From NCBI GenBank assembly GCA_026706665.1, contig JAPOYI010000114.1, forward strand, positions 7,268 through 71,267: 64,000 nucleotides of DNA, read 5' to 3'. The position numbers were made by a program, and so were the translations under genes. The notes beneath the pieces are model-generated. The model made no database searches. It was not told the origin of the DNA and worked only from the letters and a program-made list of their open reading frames with translations. Positions within the stretch are counted from its first letter, which is position 1. Each line of letters begins with the position of its first letter. This document shows positions 53,851 through 63,306 of this stretch, one piece after another. The stretch is from Gammaproteobacteria bacterium. Its GTDB lineage: Bacteria; Pseudomonadota; Gammaproteobacteria; Pseudomonadales; Azotimanducaceae.

Positions 53851-55041
53851 TCATGCGGGCTCGAGTTGAAGCAGCGGGCGGTTCAGTCCGCGCCGGTGGG
53901 CGTTGTGGTAGTGGTGCAGCCCCGGCTCGTTGCGGCCAAAGAGAATGTGTGTCTGCACGCCGGAGGCGGCGTTCGCCTGAACGGAGGCCGCCACCCAATA
54001 GTCTTCGTTTTCGACCACGTGGTTGAAGGCGGCGAAGCGCTCCGCGTAGCTGTCCGGATTTTCTTCATGGTATTCCCGGGCATGCGGCGCGACGTAGAAG
54101 CTGTGTGCGGTCCGGGATCTCCCGGGATCGTCGCCATCGGGGAACATGCGCAGCACGTCGACGGCGGACGGGTCGACCAGCAGGATGACGTTCGGGTAGA
54201 CGAAGTAAACGCTCAGCGTCATCCGCCGGAAGGGCCAGTCATCCGACTCAATCACCTCGTCGAGGATTTCCATGAATCGGCGCCGTGCGAACACCATGCG
54301 GTAGTTCAGACCGAATACGTCGTGGGTTTGCAGGTTGCCGTGAAACTCGGACGTCAGCGAGTTCCGGTGCAGCACGTCAAAGTGATAGTTCTCGCCGAAC
54401 GTGTCGATGGCGAGCTTCCAGTTGATGTTCGCGCGGATCAGTTGCGACGCCCCATAGGGGTGTTGCCGCAGGTCCCATTGCTCCATGTCGTGAGCGAGCC
54501 CGCCGAGCTGTCCGGCGACGTCAATTTCCCCGCCGGGAGTCGGCTTGACCCAAAGCATGCCGGCAAATTCCGCGCTCGGAAGTTCGACGAGTCCGCGACT
54601 GGCCTTGTCGACCGTCCCGAAGGACGACTCGCGGTTGACGGCCACAAGTTCGCCGGTGTTGCCGTATGTCCACGCGTGGTAGGGGCAGGAAAACCGTGCC
54701 TGGTCCCCCCGGCCGTCGGCGACAACCTGCATGCCCCGGTGGCGGCAGACGTTCGCGAAAGCTCGGAAATCCCCATCCTCAGCGCGCGTCATGAGGATGG
54801 GCAGGCCCGTCTCGGTGTCGGACCAGTAGCTGCCGCGCCCGGGCAGGTCTGACGACAGGCCCATGAATAGCGGCGTATCCCGGAAGAAGACCTGCTGTTC
54901 CTGCGCCAGCAGGTCGGGGCAGGTGAAGTCGGCGACGGGACTCCTGACGATACCCCCGGCGTCTACGGTCTCACCGGTCTCGATGCCGTGCTTGAGGAAG
55001 CGAAGCAGCCGCTGTTGTTCCTGGTTGGGCATGACGTCCAC
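53851..55041 (-). CDS. Rieske (2Fe-2S) aromatic ring-hydroxylating oxygenase alpha subunit
   Basis: Rieske motif CRHRGMQV...CPYHAWTY and a C-terminal catalytic domain with His ligands (NYHFDVLH). Confidence 0.85.
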   Translation of the reverse strand: MDVMPNQEQQRLLRFLKHGIETGETVDAGGIVRSPVADFTCPDLLAQEQQVFFRDTPLFMGLSSDLPGRGSYWSDTETGLPILMTRAEDGDFRAFANVCRHRGMQVVADGRGDQARFSCPYHAWTYGNTGELVAVNRESSFGTVDKASRGLVELPSAEFAGMLWVKPTPGGEIDVAGQLGGLAHDMEQWDLRQHPYGASQLIRANINWKLAIDTFGENYHFDVLHRNSLTSEFHGNLQTHDVFGLNYRMVFARRRFMEILDEVIESDDWPFRRMTLSVYFVYPNVILLVDPSAVDVLRMFPDGDDPGRSRTAHSFYVAPHAREYHEENPDSYAERFAAFNHVVENEDYWVAASVQANAASGVQTHILFGRNEPGLHHYHNAHRRGLNRPLLQLEPA

Positions 55042-55136
55042 GGTCCGCCTTGACTGCCGCTATCTACCATGCCACTAATTTTCCAACAACCTTTCGGGAG
55101 GACTGGGGCGCTGCGTTCCGGCGCCAGCGCTGACCT

Positions 55137-55433
55137 ATGGACAGATATCCCTTTTCCGGCCTCAAGGTCCTGGACGTGGCGACGGTCGTTGCCGGCCCCG
55201 CCGCAGCCGTGATGCTGGCCGACTTCGGCGCCGATATCATCAAGGTCGAGAAGCCGGGAACCGGCGACATCATGCGGCAGGTCGGACGCACCACCATGCC
55301 CGGGGCCGACTCCGACTACATGTGGAACCTTGAGGGGCGTAACAAGCGCGGCATCGTCCTCGACCTGAAGCAGGAGGCGGGCATGGGCGATCACCCTACG
55401 GGCATCGAGCTGTACGCGAGTATCGCGATCTGA
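55137..55433 (+). pseudogene. truncated family III CoA-transferase (N-terminal about 85 aa only)
   Basis: FSGLKVLDVATVVAGPAAAVMLADFGADIIKVEKPGTGD...NKRGIVLDLK matches the family N-terminus, then diverges and stops after 98 codons, against about 400 expected. Confidence 0.6.
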
Positions 55434-55455
55434 CCGGTTGCGACAAGGGAGCGCC

Positions 55456-56838
55456 ATGACCCAGCCAAACATCCTGTTCTTCATGACCGACCAGCAGCGC
55501 GCCGACGCCATGGGCTGCAGCGGCGGCTGGCTCAAGACACCGAACCTCGACCGCATCGCCGGCGAGGGTGTGCGTTTCAGCCGTTGCGTCACTACCACGC
55601 CGATCTGCGTTCCCGCCCGGGTGACGCTCGCAACGGGCCGGTATCCGCACAACAACGCGGTCTGGAACAACCTCCAGTACACCCTGCCGGAGGACGCATC
55701 GACGTGGATGCAGGTGATCCGCGATCTCGGATACCGAACGAGCCTGTTCGGCAAGACCCATCTGCATCCTCACGGGGACGTCGACCTGCGCGAGCGCGAA
55801 TACCTGCTGCACGCCTACGGCCTCGACGATGTGAACGAGATCGGCGGCCCCCGGGCGAGTGCGAAGACAGGCAGTCACATGACGGCGATGTGGGAGGAGA
55901 AGGGGCTTCTCGAAGCCTATCGCGCAGACTTCAAGGAGCGTTTCGACAACAAGCCGCACGTGGTCCGGCCGTCCGTGCTGCCGCTGGAACTCTACTACGA
56001 CGTCTATGTCGGGCAGTGCGCCAAGCGCTATATCGAGGAATACGACCGCGAGGAACCGTGGTTCTGCTGGGTGAGTTTCGGCGGACCCCACGAACCGTGG
56101 GACACGCCGGAACCGTACGCCAGCATGTACGATCCGGACGCGATGCCGGCGCCGGTCCCGCGCGCGCCGGACGATAACGACCGTCCCCGGGGCTGGCTCG
56201 ACGAGTTCATGGAACGTCGCTCTCCGAAACTCGATCCGGGCGACGAAGCGGCGATGCGGGCCAACTACGCTGGCAACGTGACGCTCATCGATCACCAGAT
56301 TGGCGAAGTCCTGGAGGTGGTGGAAAAGCGCGGTGAACTGGATCGCACAGTGATCGCGTTCACGTCGGACCACGGCGAGATGAACGGCGACTGGGGCCTG
56401 ATCTACAAGCAGAACTTCCTGGGCGGCGCCGTCAGCGTCCCGCTGATCGTGCGCACGCCGGAATCGGCCTCAAACGGTGGACGAGTGAGCGACTCGCCGG
56501 CGGAGAACTGCGATGTCGGTCCCACCCTGGTGAAACTTGCCGGCGGGGAAATCGGGTATCAGCAGTTCGCGAAGTCGCTGCTGCCCGCCATGAACGGATC
56601 GACTGCCCCGTATCGTGAAGACGCGATCTCCGAGATCCAAGGGGAGATCATGCTGGCCAATGCGAAGTGGAAGGCCGCCATCAACGAGGAGGGGCGCGTC
56701 TACCTGCTTTTCGACCTGGAGAACGATCCCGACGAGACGCGCAACCTTGCCGGGCTGGACGACTATCGTGAGGTGGAGGACGGCTTGCGGTTACGAATGC
56801 TGGAACGGATTGCGCAGAGTCAGCTCAAGGTGCCCTGA
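55456..56838 (+). CDS. sulfatase (formylglycine-dependent arylsulfatase family)
   Basis: NILFFMTDQQRAD and the C-x-P-x-R motif (CVPARVTLATGRYPHNN). AAGGGAG lies before ATG 55456. Confidence 0.85.
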   Translation: MTQPNILFFMTDQQRADAMGCSGGWLKTPNLDRIAGEGVRFSRCVTTTPICVPARVTLATGRYPHNNAVWNNLQYTLPEDASTWMQVIRDLGYRTSLFGKTHLHPHGDVDLREREYLLHAYGLDDVNEIGGPRASAKTGSHMTAMWEEKGLLEAYRADFKERFDNKPHVVRPSVLPLELYYDVYVGQCAKRYIEEYDREEPWFCWVSFGGPHEPWDTPEPYASMYDPDAMPAPVPRAPDDNDRPRGWLDEFMERRSPKLDPGDEAAMRANYAGNVTLIDHQIGEVLEVVEKRGELDRTVIAFTSDHGEMNGDWGLIYKQNFLGGAVSVPLIVRTPESASNGGRVSDSPAENCDVGPTLVKLAGGEIGYQQFAKSLLPAMNGSTAPYREDAISEIQGEIMLANAKWKAAINEEGRVYLLFDLENDPDETRNLAGLDDYREVEDGLRLRMLERIAQSQLKVP

Positions 56839-56952
56839 AGTCGCAGGCTGCGCAGTGACACTGGTTGGTATCGACGCTGAACGCGTCAAGCCCCATCGGC
56901 CTGGGCGGCGGTGAAATGCGGCGCAGGCGAAGGGTCTGCGGATGTCATGGCG

Positions 56953-57702
56953 CTAGGTGAAGAGGACGTCGAACGCCTTCGATAGCCCGACAAACGCACC
57001 CACGACTACGACGACGTACCTGATGTGCTTGATGCCCTGTTTCTCGATCTCATCCCTCAGACGCACCACTGCATTGTCTATTTTGGTGTCGAGCCTCTCG
57101 ACGGCGTTGTCCAGTTTGGTATCGAGTCTGTCCAGTTTGTTGTCCATGTCGGCGACATCCCGTCGCAGTTCTTCCCTGGTTGCGAACTTCTCGATGTCGG
57201 TCTTGGTGGCGAACTGTTCGAGGTCCGTCTTGGAGGCGAGGTTGGCGATCGCATCCCCTAGTTCTTCCCTGGTTGCGAACTTCTCGATGTCGGTCTTGGT
57301 GGCGAACTGTTCGAGGTCCGTCTTGGAGGCGAGGTTGGCGATCGCATCCCCTAGTTCTTCCCTGGTTGCGAACTTCTCGATGTCGGTCTTGGTGGCGAAC
57401 TGTTCGAGGTCCGTCTTGGAGGCGAGGTTGGCGATCGCATCCCCTAGTTCTTCCCTGGTTGCGAACTTCTCGATGTCGGTCTTGGTGGCGAACTGTTCGA
57501 GGTCCGTCTTGGAGGCGAGGTTGGCGATCGCATCCCCTAGTTCTTCCGTGGTCGCGAGCTTCTCGATGTCGGTCTTGGTGGCGACGTTCTCGTTGACAGC
57601 ACCATGGATCTGATCGACGACGGCTTCGGCCTGGGCGTCGTCGAAACCCGCGCTGCACAACTCTTTGACGGCTTTGTGTGTATCGAAAGCGGGCATTGCC
57701 AT
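56953..57702 (-). CDS. DUF1640-like coiled-coil membrane-anchored protein with expanded 31-aa repeats
   Basis: MAMPAFDTHKAVKELCSAGFDDAQAEAVV, a DUF1640-like N-terminus, then four copies of KTDIEKFATREELGDAIANLASKTDLEQFAT, and a C-terminal TM (YVVVVVGAFVGL). Confidence 0.65.
   Translation of the reverse strand: MAMPAFDTHKAVKELCSAGFDDAQAEAVVDQIHGAVNENVATKTDIEKLATTEELGDAIANLASKTDLEQFATKTDIEKFATREELGDAIANLASKTDLEQFATKTDIEKFATREELGDAIANLASKTDLEQFATKTDIEKFATREELGDAIANLASKTDLEQFATKTDIEKFATREELRRDVADMDNKLDRLDTKLDNAVERLDTKIDNAVVRLRDEIEKQGIKHIRYVVVVVGAFVGLSKAFDVLFT
57181..57552. repeat. tandem repeat, 93-bp unit, 4 copies (3 identical plus 1 with a single mismatch), with degenerate partial copies on both flanks
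   Basis: The unit tgcgaacttctcgatgtcggtcttggtggcgaactgttcgaggtccgtcttggaggcgaggttggcgatcgcatcccctagttcttccctggt starts at 57181, 57274, 57367 and 57460. Confidence 0.95.
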
Positions 57703-57848
57703 TGTTCCTGCCGAAGCGGCCCTTCGAGCGTTGATCTCGACCGGGATTCTAAGGAATTCCCAAGCATGCGTCATGGGGAGAAAACCCTCGAAACACGTAA
57801 GCCTCGGGCGACGTACCTAAGCGGAGATTCGACATCATCGACGCGACC

Positions 57849-58790
57849 TCAGCCGTACGCCTGGATCAGCGCCCGGATGTACCCGAATATGAAGGCTTCC
57901 TCGACCTGTCCGCGCCCGCGGCCCGGGACGTGGTCGGGCACGACGATGCCGTCGAAGCCCACCTCGGCCAGCGCACGCACGATTGCCGGTAGATCGAGAT
58001 AGCCGTTGTCCGGAAACGTCTCGTGAAACCGTGGCAGGGGCCCGGAGGTGTTGCGAAGGTGGACCTGGTGGATGTGGCCGGTGGGGCCGAATTCGCGGAT
58101 GGCCGCGATGATGTCCTCGCCTTCGCCGGTGGGTCCCGGCATTTCGGACCAGGTGCCGACGCAGAACAGGATGCCCGCGTGGTTATCGCCGCCGGTGCGC
58201 TTGATGGAGTCGCGATAAGCGTCCGTGCTCCGGAAGATTCGCGCCACTCCCTGGTGGGTCAGTGGCGGGTCGTTCGGATGCAACTGCAGCTTTACGCCTG
58301 CCTCCCTCGCGACTGGCAGCACGCGCTCCATGAAGTAGTCGAAGTTGGCCCACATCGTGTCGTCGTCGTATTGCGTGTCGTAGGCGTCGGGTAAGGCCAG
58401 CGCCTCGCTGGCGACGAGTTCGCGGGTCTGGACGCCGCGGGTCGTTGTCATGCCCGACATGTAAGCGCCGCCGGTGTGCCACGCGTAGGTCGTGTATTGG
58501 ATGCCCAGCCGCCCGAGGTCATGAAGGAACTCGTTGAACCGATCGATCGTGTCGTCGCGGCCCGGAAGCCCGAGGGTGAACTCCTTCGACGAGTAGAGAT
58601 CGTCGAGCATGATCTCGTGCAGCTCGAATCCGGCGTCCGTCACCTTGTCCCGGATGTCCCGCAATGTGTCGAACGTCGCATCGCTGGTCGGAAGACGCGC
58701 CTCCATGGTTTCCACCCCCATCTTGCGAAGGTAGGCGAAGTGGTCGTCGTTGAGGTCTTGCGGACGCTGATGGCTAATGCCGAGTTTCAT
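57849..58790 (-). CDS. mannonate dehydratase (UxuA) family, xylose-isomerase-like TIM barrel
   Basis: ATG 58790 (MKLGISHQ). LHPNDPP, HQVHLRNT, FHETFPDNGYLD and VVPDHVP match short-form UxuA. Confidence 0.65.
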   Translation of the reverse strand: MKLGISHQRPQDLNDDHFAYLRKMGVETMEARLPTSDATFDTLRDIRDKVTDAGFELHEIMLDDLYSSKEFTLGLPGRDDTIDRFNEFLHDLGRLGIQYTTYAWHTGGAYMSGMTTTRGVQTRELVASEALALPDAYDTQYDDDTMWANFDYFMERVLPVAREAGVKLQLHPNDPPLTHQGVARIFRSTDAYRDSIKRTGGDNHAGILFCVGTWSEMPGPTGEGEDIIAAIREFGPTGHIHQVHLRNTSGPLPRFHETFPDNGYLDLPAIVRALAEVGFDGIVVPDHVPGRGRGQVEEAFIFGYIRALIQAYG

Positions 58791-58946
58791 GGGACATGCC
58801 TCGTTCGTTGCATCATTTGCGTTCAAGCATCCCAGATTCCCTGAATCGATGCACTCGGCTAAACCGGGTCGCCGGTTGCCGGTCTTCCTCACCTATTGGC
58901 CCATTGCCCGGTATGCTGTGCCTTCGTCTGCATGGAGGACTCCCGA

Positions 58947-59354
58947 ATGATTGCGCAGGGACTGACGCCCATACTCAACGTTTCCGACATTCGTGCCAGC
59001 TTCGAGTGGTTCGAGAAGCTCGGATGGACCAAGGGCTGGGAATGGGGCGATCCGCCCGGGTTCGGTGGCGTCTGCTCGGGGAACTGCGAGATCTTCCTTT
59101 GCCAGGACGCGCAAGGCGGCCGAGGACGCGGCCCGTCACCGCGCACATTCGGTCCCGACGGCGACGAGAACGGGGACCAGGGGGTCTGGATGTCGATCTG
59201 GGTCGACGATGTCGACGCCATCCACCAACACTGCCTCAAGCAGGGTCTGGAGGTAACCTGGCCTCCGGAGGACATGCCGTGGGGCGTTCGCGAGATGCAC
59301 GTGCGTCATCCCGACGGCCACGTGTTCAGGGTCGGTCGGGGCCTGGAGGAGTAG
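58947..59354 (+). CDS. VOC family protein (glyoxalase/bleomycin-resistance fold)
   Basis: MIAQGLTPILNVSDIRASFEWFEKLGW ... WGVREMHVRHPDGHVFRV. Confidence 0.7.
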   Translation: MIAQGLTPILNVSDIRASFEWFEKLGWTKGWEWGDPPGFGGVCSGNCEIFLCQDAQGGRGRGPSPRTFGPDGDENGDQGVWMSIWVDDVDAIHQHCLKQGLEVTWPPEDMPWGVREMHVRHPDGHVFRVGRGLEE

Positions 59355-60348
59355 CCGATTCTCCGTAGGCGTCCGCGATGAGTTCGTAGGACTTCACGCG
59401 GTCGTCGAACGACGGCGTGATCGTCAGCACGACCACTTCGTCGGCCTGGGTCTCTTCGACGAGGGCGTCGATCTCCGCCTTCACCTCTGCGCCGCTGCCG
59501 ATGATCTGCCGGGAACGCCTGCTGCGCAGTTGTTCCATATCTTCGTCGCTGAACGGCGCGGCGGCGGCTTCTTCCAGCGTCGGTGGTGGCCCGCGGATAC
59601 CCCTGTCGCGGCGGATGCGCTGGATCTCGCGCATGCGGCGGAACAGGTCGGCGCGTTCGGGGTCTTCCGTAGCGATGGCGAATACGCCGATCGAGGAGTA
59701 CGGAGCCGCGAGGTGCTCGCCCTTGAATTCGTCGCGATAGCGGCGCATCGCGGCGACGGCCGGCTGTGGCGCGATGAAGTGGGCGAAGGAGAACGCGAGG
59801 CCGAACCGGCCTGCGTAAACGGCACTGTCGAGGCTCGAGCCCAGCATCCATATGTCCGGCGTGGTCTGTGCGTTCGGCGTCGCGCGAAGGCGCTCGAACG
59901 CCTCCGTGAACGGCTTGTCGCCCGAGACGAATGCAACGAGGTCCTTCACTTTCGCGGGGTAGTACTCGATGCCGAGAGGATTGCCGTACGCGAGTGCGGC
60001 GGCGGTGAGGCCATCGCTCCCAGGCGCCCGGCCCACGCCGAGATCTATCCGTCCCGGGTACATGAGCTCCAGCATGCGGAAGTTCTCGGCGACCTTGAAC
60101 GGAGAGTAGTGCGGCAGCATCACGCCGCCGGAGCCGATCCGAATGCGATCGGTCTCCCGCGCCACGCGGGTGATGAGAATCTCCGGGGTCGAACTCGCCA
60201 GCGTACTGGAAGCGTGGTGCTCCGCGATCCAGTAACGGTGGTAGCCGAAGGCTTCGCAGTGCTGGGCGAGCCTGATGGTGTTGTCGACCGCCGCGCGCGC
60301 ATCCTCGCCGCGGGCGATCGGCGATTGATCCAACACTCCCAACTTCAT
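59326..60348 (-). CDS. LLM class flavin-dependent oxidoreductase (luciferase-like)
   Basis: ATG 60348 gives MKLGVLDQSP...GYHRYWIAEHH...GSGGVMLPHYSP, the YhbW-like group pattern. Confidence 0.85.
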   Translation of the reverse strand: MKLGVLDQSPIARGEDARAAVDNTIRLAQHCEAFGYHRYWIAEHHASSTLASSTPEILITRVARETDRIRIGSGGVMLPHYSPFKVAENFRMLELMYPGRIDLGVGRAPGSDGLTAAALAYGNPLGIEYYPAKVKDLVAFVSGDKPFTEAFERLRATPNAQTTPDIWMLGSSLDSAVYAGRFGLAFSFAHFIAPQPAVAAMRRYRDEFKGEHLAAPYSSIGVFAIATEDPERADLFRRMREIQRIRRDRGIRGPPPTLEEAAAAPFSDEDMEQLRSRRSRQIIGSGAEVKAEIDALVEETQADEVVVLTITPSFDDRVKSYELIADAYGESATPPGPDRP

Positions 60349-60400
60349 GCGGCGACAGTGTACATTCGTACCACAGCGCAGGTTGCGCGGGAGGACCCGA

Positions 60401-61732
60401 ATGCTGTCGTCTGAAGATAACGCGCGTTTGACCCGGACCGGGCCGGACACCCCCATGGGCAACGTGTTCCGCGCGTATTGGATGCCCGCACTCCTGTCCA
60501 GCGAGTTGCCGGAACCCGACTGTCCGCCCAAGCGCGTGAGGCTTCTGGGCGAGGACTTCGTCGCCTTTCGCGACACGCGTGGCCGCGTCGGCATCGTCGA
60601 GCCGGTCTGCCCGCATCGCGGCGCGAACCTCTTCTTCGGGCGCGTGGCGGATTGCGGCATCCGCTGCAGCTATCACGGCTGGAAGTTCGACCACCGGGGC
60701 AACTGCCTCGAAATACCCACGCTCGCTCCGGAAGCGGAGGAGCGTGTCAGGCCGAGAGCGGCGATCCGGGCGCTTGAGGCGCGGGAATCTGGGGACGTCA
60801 TCTGGGCGTACATGGGAGACGGTCCCGCGCCCGAACTGCCGCGGTTCGAGTTCGCGGAGGTCCCGCCGGAACACCGGTTCGTGTCGAAAAAGCTGCAGCA
60901 ATGCAATTGGGCGCAGGCGTGCGAGGGTGGGCTCGACACTGCGCACTTCTCGTACCTGCATGCCGGCATCCGGGATGGCGAAAGAGTGGGTTTGCATGAA
61001 GTCTCCGGGCCCCGGTCTGGCGCTACGGGGGACAACGAACCACCGTCCATGGCCCGCTTCCGCTGGCTGATCGAGGACGGACGCCCGCAGTTCACCGTGC
61101 TTGAACACGACGCCGGGCTGCTGCTTTGCGCGTCCCGCCAGGCAGACGGCGACCAACTCTACTGGCGCATGACCCAGTTCCTCATGCCCAACCACTCGCT
61201 CGCACCCGGCAACTTCCCGGACGAGAACAACCTCGGCAACACCTGGGTGCCGATCGACGACGTATCGTGCTGGATCTTCTGCTATTGCTGGAACCCCGAC
61301 CGGCCGCTGACGGAGAAAGAGACCGAGCGATTGAGTCGCGGCTGGGGTGTCTTCCCCGAGATGGAGGCGGACTACGTGCCCCTACGGCGTCGGGAGAACG
61401 ACTATCTCATCGACCGCACGTTACAGCGAGAATCGAGCTTCACCGGAATCCGGGGCATCTCGGAGCAGGACCAGGCGATCGCCGACAGCCAGGGGCTGAT
61501 CGCGGACCGCACCCGGGAACTGCTCGGCCAGACGGATCTCGGGGTGGTGAGGTTCCGGAACATGGTCCTTGCCGCGGCATCCGGCGTGGAGGAGGGCAAG
61601 ACACCGAAGGGAGCGGATTGTCCGGACGCCTACCTCGTGCGTTCCGGCGACTTCGTCGCCCCGGCGGATGCGCCGGTCAGCGACGTCGTCAAGTCGCGGT
61701 TTGGGACGATGTCGGGGGTTGGCGTTTCGTAG
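60401..61732 (+). CDS. Rieske (2Fe-2S) oxygenase alpha subunit (phthalate-family type)
   Basis: GGGAGGA lies before ATG 60401. The Rieske motif is CPHRGANLFFG...CSYHGWKF. Confidence 0.85.
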   Translation: MLSSEDNARLTRTGPDTPMGNVFRAYWMPALLSSELPEPDCPPKRVRLLGEDFVAFRDTRGRVGIVEPVCPHRGANLFFGRVADCGIRCSYHGWKFDHRGNCLEIPTLAPEAEERVRPRAAIRALEARESGDVIWAYMGDGPAPELPRFEFAEVPPEHRFVSKKLQQCNWAQACEGGLDTAHFSYLHAGIRDGERVGLHEVSGPRSGATGDNEPPSMARFRWLIEDGRPQFTVLEHDAGLLLCASRQADGDQLYWRMTQFLMPNHSLAPGNFPDENNLGNTWVPIDDVSCWIFCYCWNPDRPLTEKETERLSRGWGVFPEMEADYVPLRRRENDYLIDRTLQRESSFTGIRGISEQDQAIADSQGLIADRTRELLGQTDLGVVRFRNMVLAAASGVEEGKTPKGADCPDAYLVRSGDFVAPADAPVSDVVKSRFGTMSGVGVS

Positions 61733-61890
61733 TCCAACGCCGTGGCCGGAGGGGTTCGCGTCTTCCGGAAGAACAACCATTTTCGCAGGGATATAGCATA
61801 ATCGGTGTCAAACATATGCGGTACTCTGCTGTTGAACCTGTTCACCCTTGGAGGATTCCGTTGGGGTGCCCGCAGAGAGAGAATGACGAA

Positions 61891-62103
61891 ATGACGAAAC
61901 AACGGACGGATGAGCATGCAGGCTCACAGCGCGAGAAAGACCACGCCGAGATGCTTGAAGCCGCGTTAGCGCGGCCGGGGATCCGCGAGGTCATGAAGGT
62001 CTATGGGAACTGGCAAGACAAGGACAAAGCACTCGATGCACACCGTTCGGCAACGAAACAAGCCGAACGGATCGTGACGACAAACTCATCGAGCGCCTCC
62101 TGA
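61891..62103 (+). CDS. hypothetical small protein (70 aa)
   Basis: Purine-rich stretch before ATG 61891, with an alternative ATG at 61816. Charged sequence with no recognisable family. It lies 25 nt upstream of the protease gene in a more AT-rich stretch. Confidence 0.4.
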   Translation: MTKQRTDEHAGSQREKDHAEMLEAALARPGIREVMKVYGNWQDKDKALDAHRSATKQAERIVTTNSSSAS

Positions 62104-62128
62104 CCGGACTAGGCGTGGAGCTGGCTGA

Positions 62129-63115
62129 GTGCCGATCTGGAGCGAGATTCTAGCCGAGCTTGCAAGCACACAGGAGCAGGGGCGCCCACCCGACTTCGAC
62201 GCTGTTCGCCGGAAATACATTGCTGCACTCCATAGCCATTCGGCGCGCAACATCATCCTGTACGCTTCCGGGTGGTTGCAGAGGAATGACGTACCGCCTG
62301 CACTCGTTTCTATTGGCGACGAAGACATGCAGGCGTTCATGGAAGTCAGCCACGGACTTGAGGGTGATGGGTTAGACCTAATCCTCCACAGCCCAGGCGG
62401 GTCTCCGGAGGCGGCCGAAGCCGTGGTCTCCTATCTGCGGTCTCGCTTCTCCGATATCCGGGTGGTTGTACCGCAGCTCGCGATGTCGGCGGCCACCATG
62501 ATCGCATGCGCGGCAGACAAGATCGTTCTCGGCAAACACTCGTTTCTCGGCCCAACAGATCCGCAACTTCTGCTACCGACATCCTTGGGCGTGAGGGCGG
62601 TTCCTGCTCAGGCGATCTTGGACCAGTTTGATCGGGCAAAACAGGAATGCGCTGATCCCGCGAAACTTTCCGCTTGGTTGCCAATGCTCAGTCAATATGG
62701 ACCTGATCTTCTCGTGCAATGCGAGTCTGCATTAGAGATGTCGAGAGATTTGGTCAGGACGTGGCTGGAGACCTACATGTTCCGATCGAGAGATGACCGT
62801 CGGGAAAAGGCGAAGGAGATTTCCGACTGGCTCTCTGATCATGAACACTTCAAGAGCCATTCAAGGCACATTCCTCGGATGGAGATTGAGAAACGTGATC
62901 TACGGGTGTCGCGGCTCGAAGACGATCAAGATCTTCAAGATCTGGCGCTGTCAGTGTTCCATGCGACGACGCACACCTTTGCCAGCACTCCTGCGGTAAA
63001 GATCGTGGAAAACCATACTGGCCGAGCCTTCATTAAGCAGCATGTCGTTCAACCCATGCCAGCTGTACAACTCGGTATTGCTCCAGCAGCCCCGGAGGGA
63101 TCGGTCCCGGCGTAA
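62129..63115 (+). CDS. SDH-family (SDH_sah-like) Clp-fold serine proteinase
   Basis: LDLILHSPGGSPEAAEAVVSYLR and VVVPQLAMSAATMIACAADKIVLG match the ClpP/SppA-like Ser context (AMSAAT) of the serine dehydrogenase proteinase family. The start codon is GTG. Confidence 0.65.
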   Translation: MPIWSEILAELASTQEQGRPPDFDAVRRKYIAALHSHSARNIILYASGWLQRNDVPPALVSIGDEDMQAFMEVSHGLEGDGLDLILHSPGGSPEAAEAVVSYLRSRFSDIRVVVPQLAMSAATMIACAADKIVLGKHSFLGPTDPQLLLPTSLGVRAVPAQAILDQFDRAKQECADPAKLSAWLPMLSQYGPDLLVQCESALEMSRDLVRTWLETYMFRSRDDRREKAKEISDWLSDHEHFKSHSRHIPRMEIEKRDLRVSRLEDDQDLQDLALSVFHATTHTFASTPAVKIVENHTGRAFIKQHVVQPMPAVQLGIAPAAPEGSVPA

Positions 63116-63306
63116 AGGCTGGATTTGGTTCGTTGGTCGCGTCCGAGAGGCGCAACGGGCTCGTTTTGTGGCGTGTCTGCGACAACTTGCGCAAGGACGC
63201 AACAACCCATGCCGTTCAGATTGGCCGAGGAGATCGTCGCGCGGGACGCTTGGTTGCGCTGACTTTGTGAACACGATCTCGTGAGCGCGGGTCCTTGGAG
63301 GAGCGT

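Noticed and set aside
57181-57552. Regular 93-bp repeats considered as a CRISPR array.
   Set aside because: The units are contiguous with no spacers, lie in-frame inside a coding sequence, and there are no cas genes in the window.
63042-63284. 80-codon plus-strand ORF, and a short MPFRLAEEIVARDAWLR peptide ORF, in the gap between the protease gene and the convergent unknown gene.
   Set aside because: No ribosome-binding site and no family resemblance. The ORF overlaps the 3' end of the protease gene, and the composition is consistent with a chance ORF.
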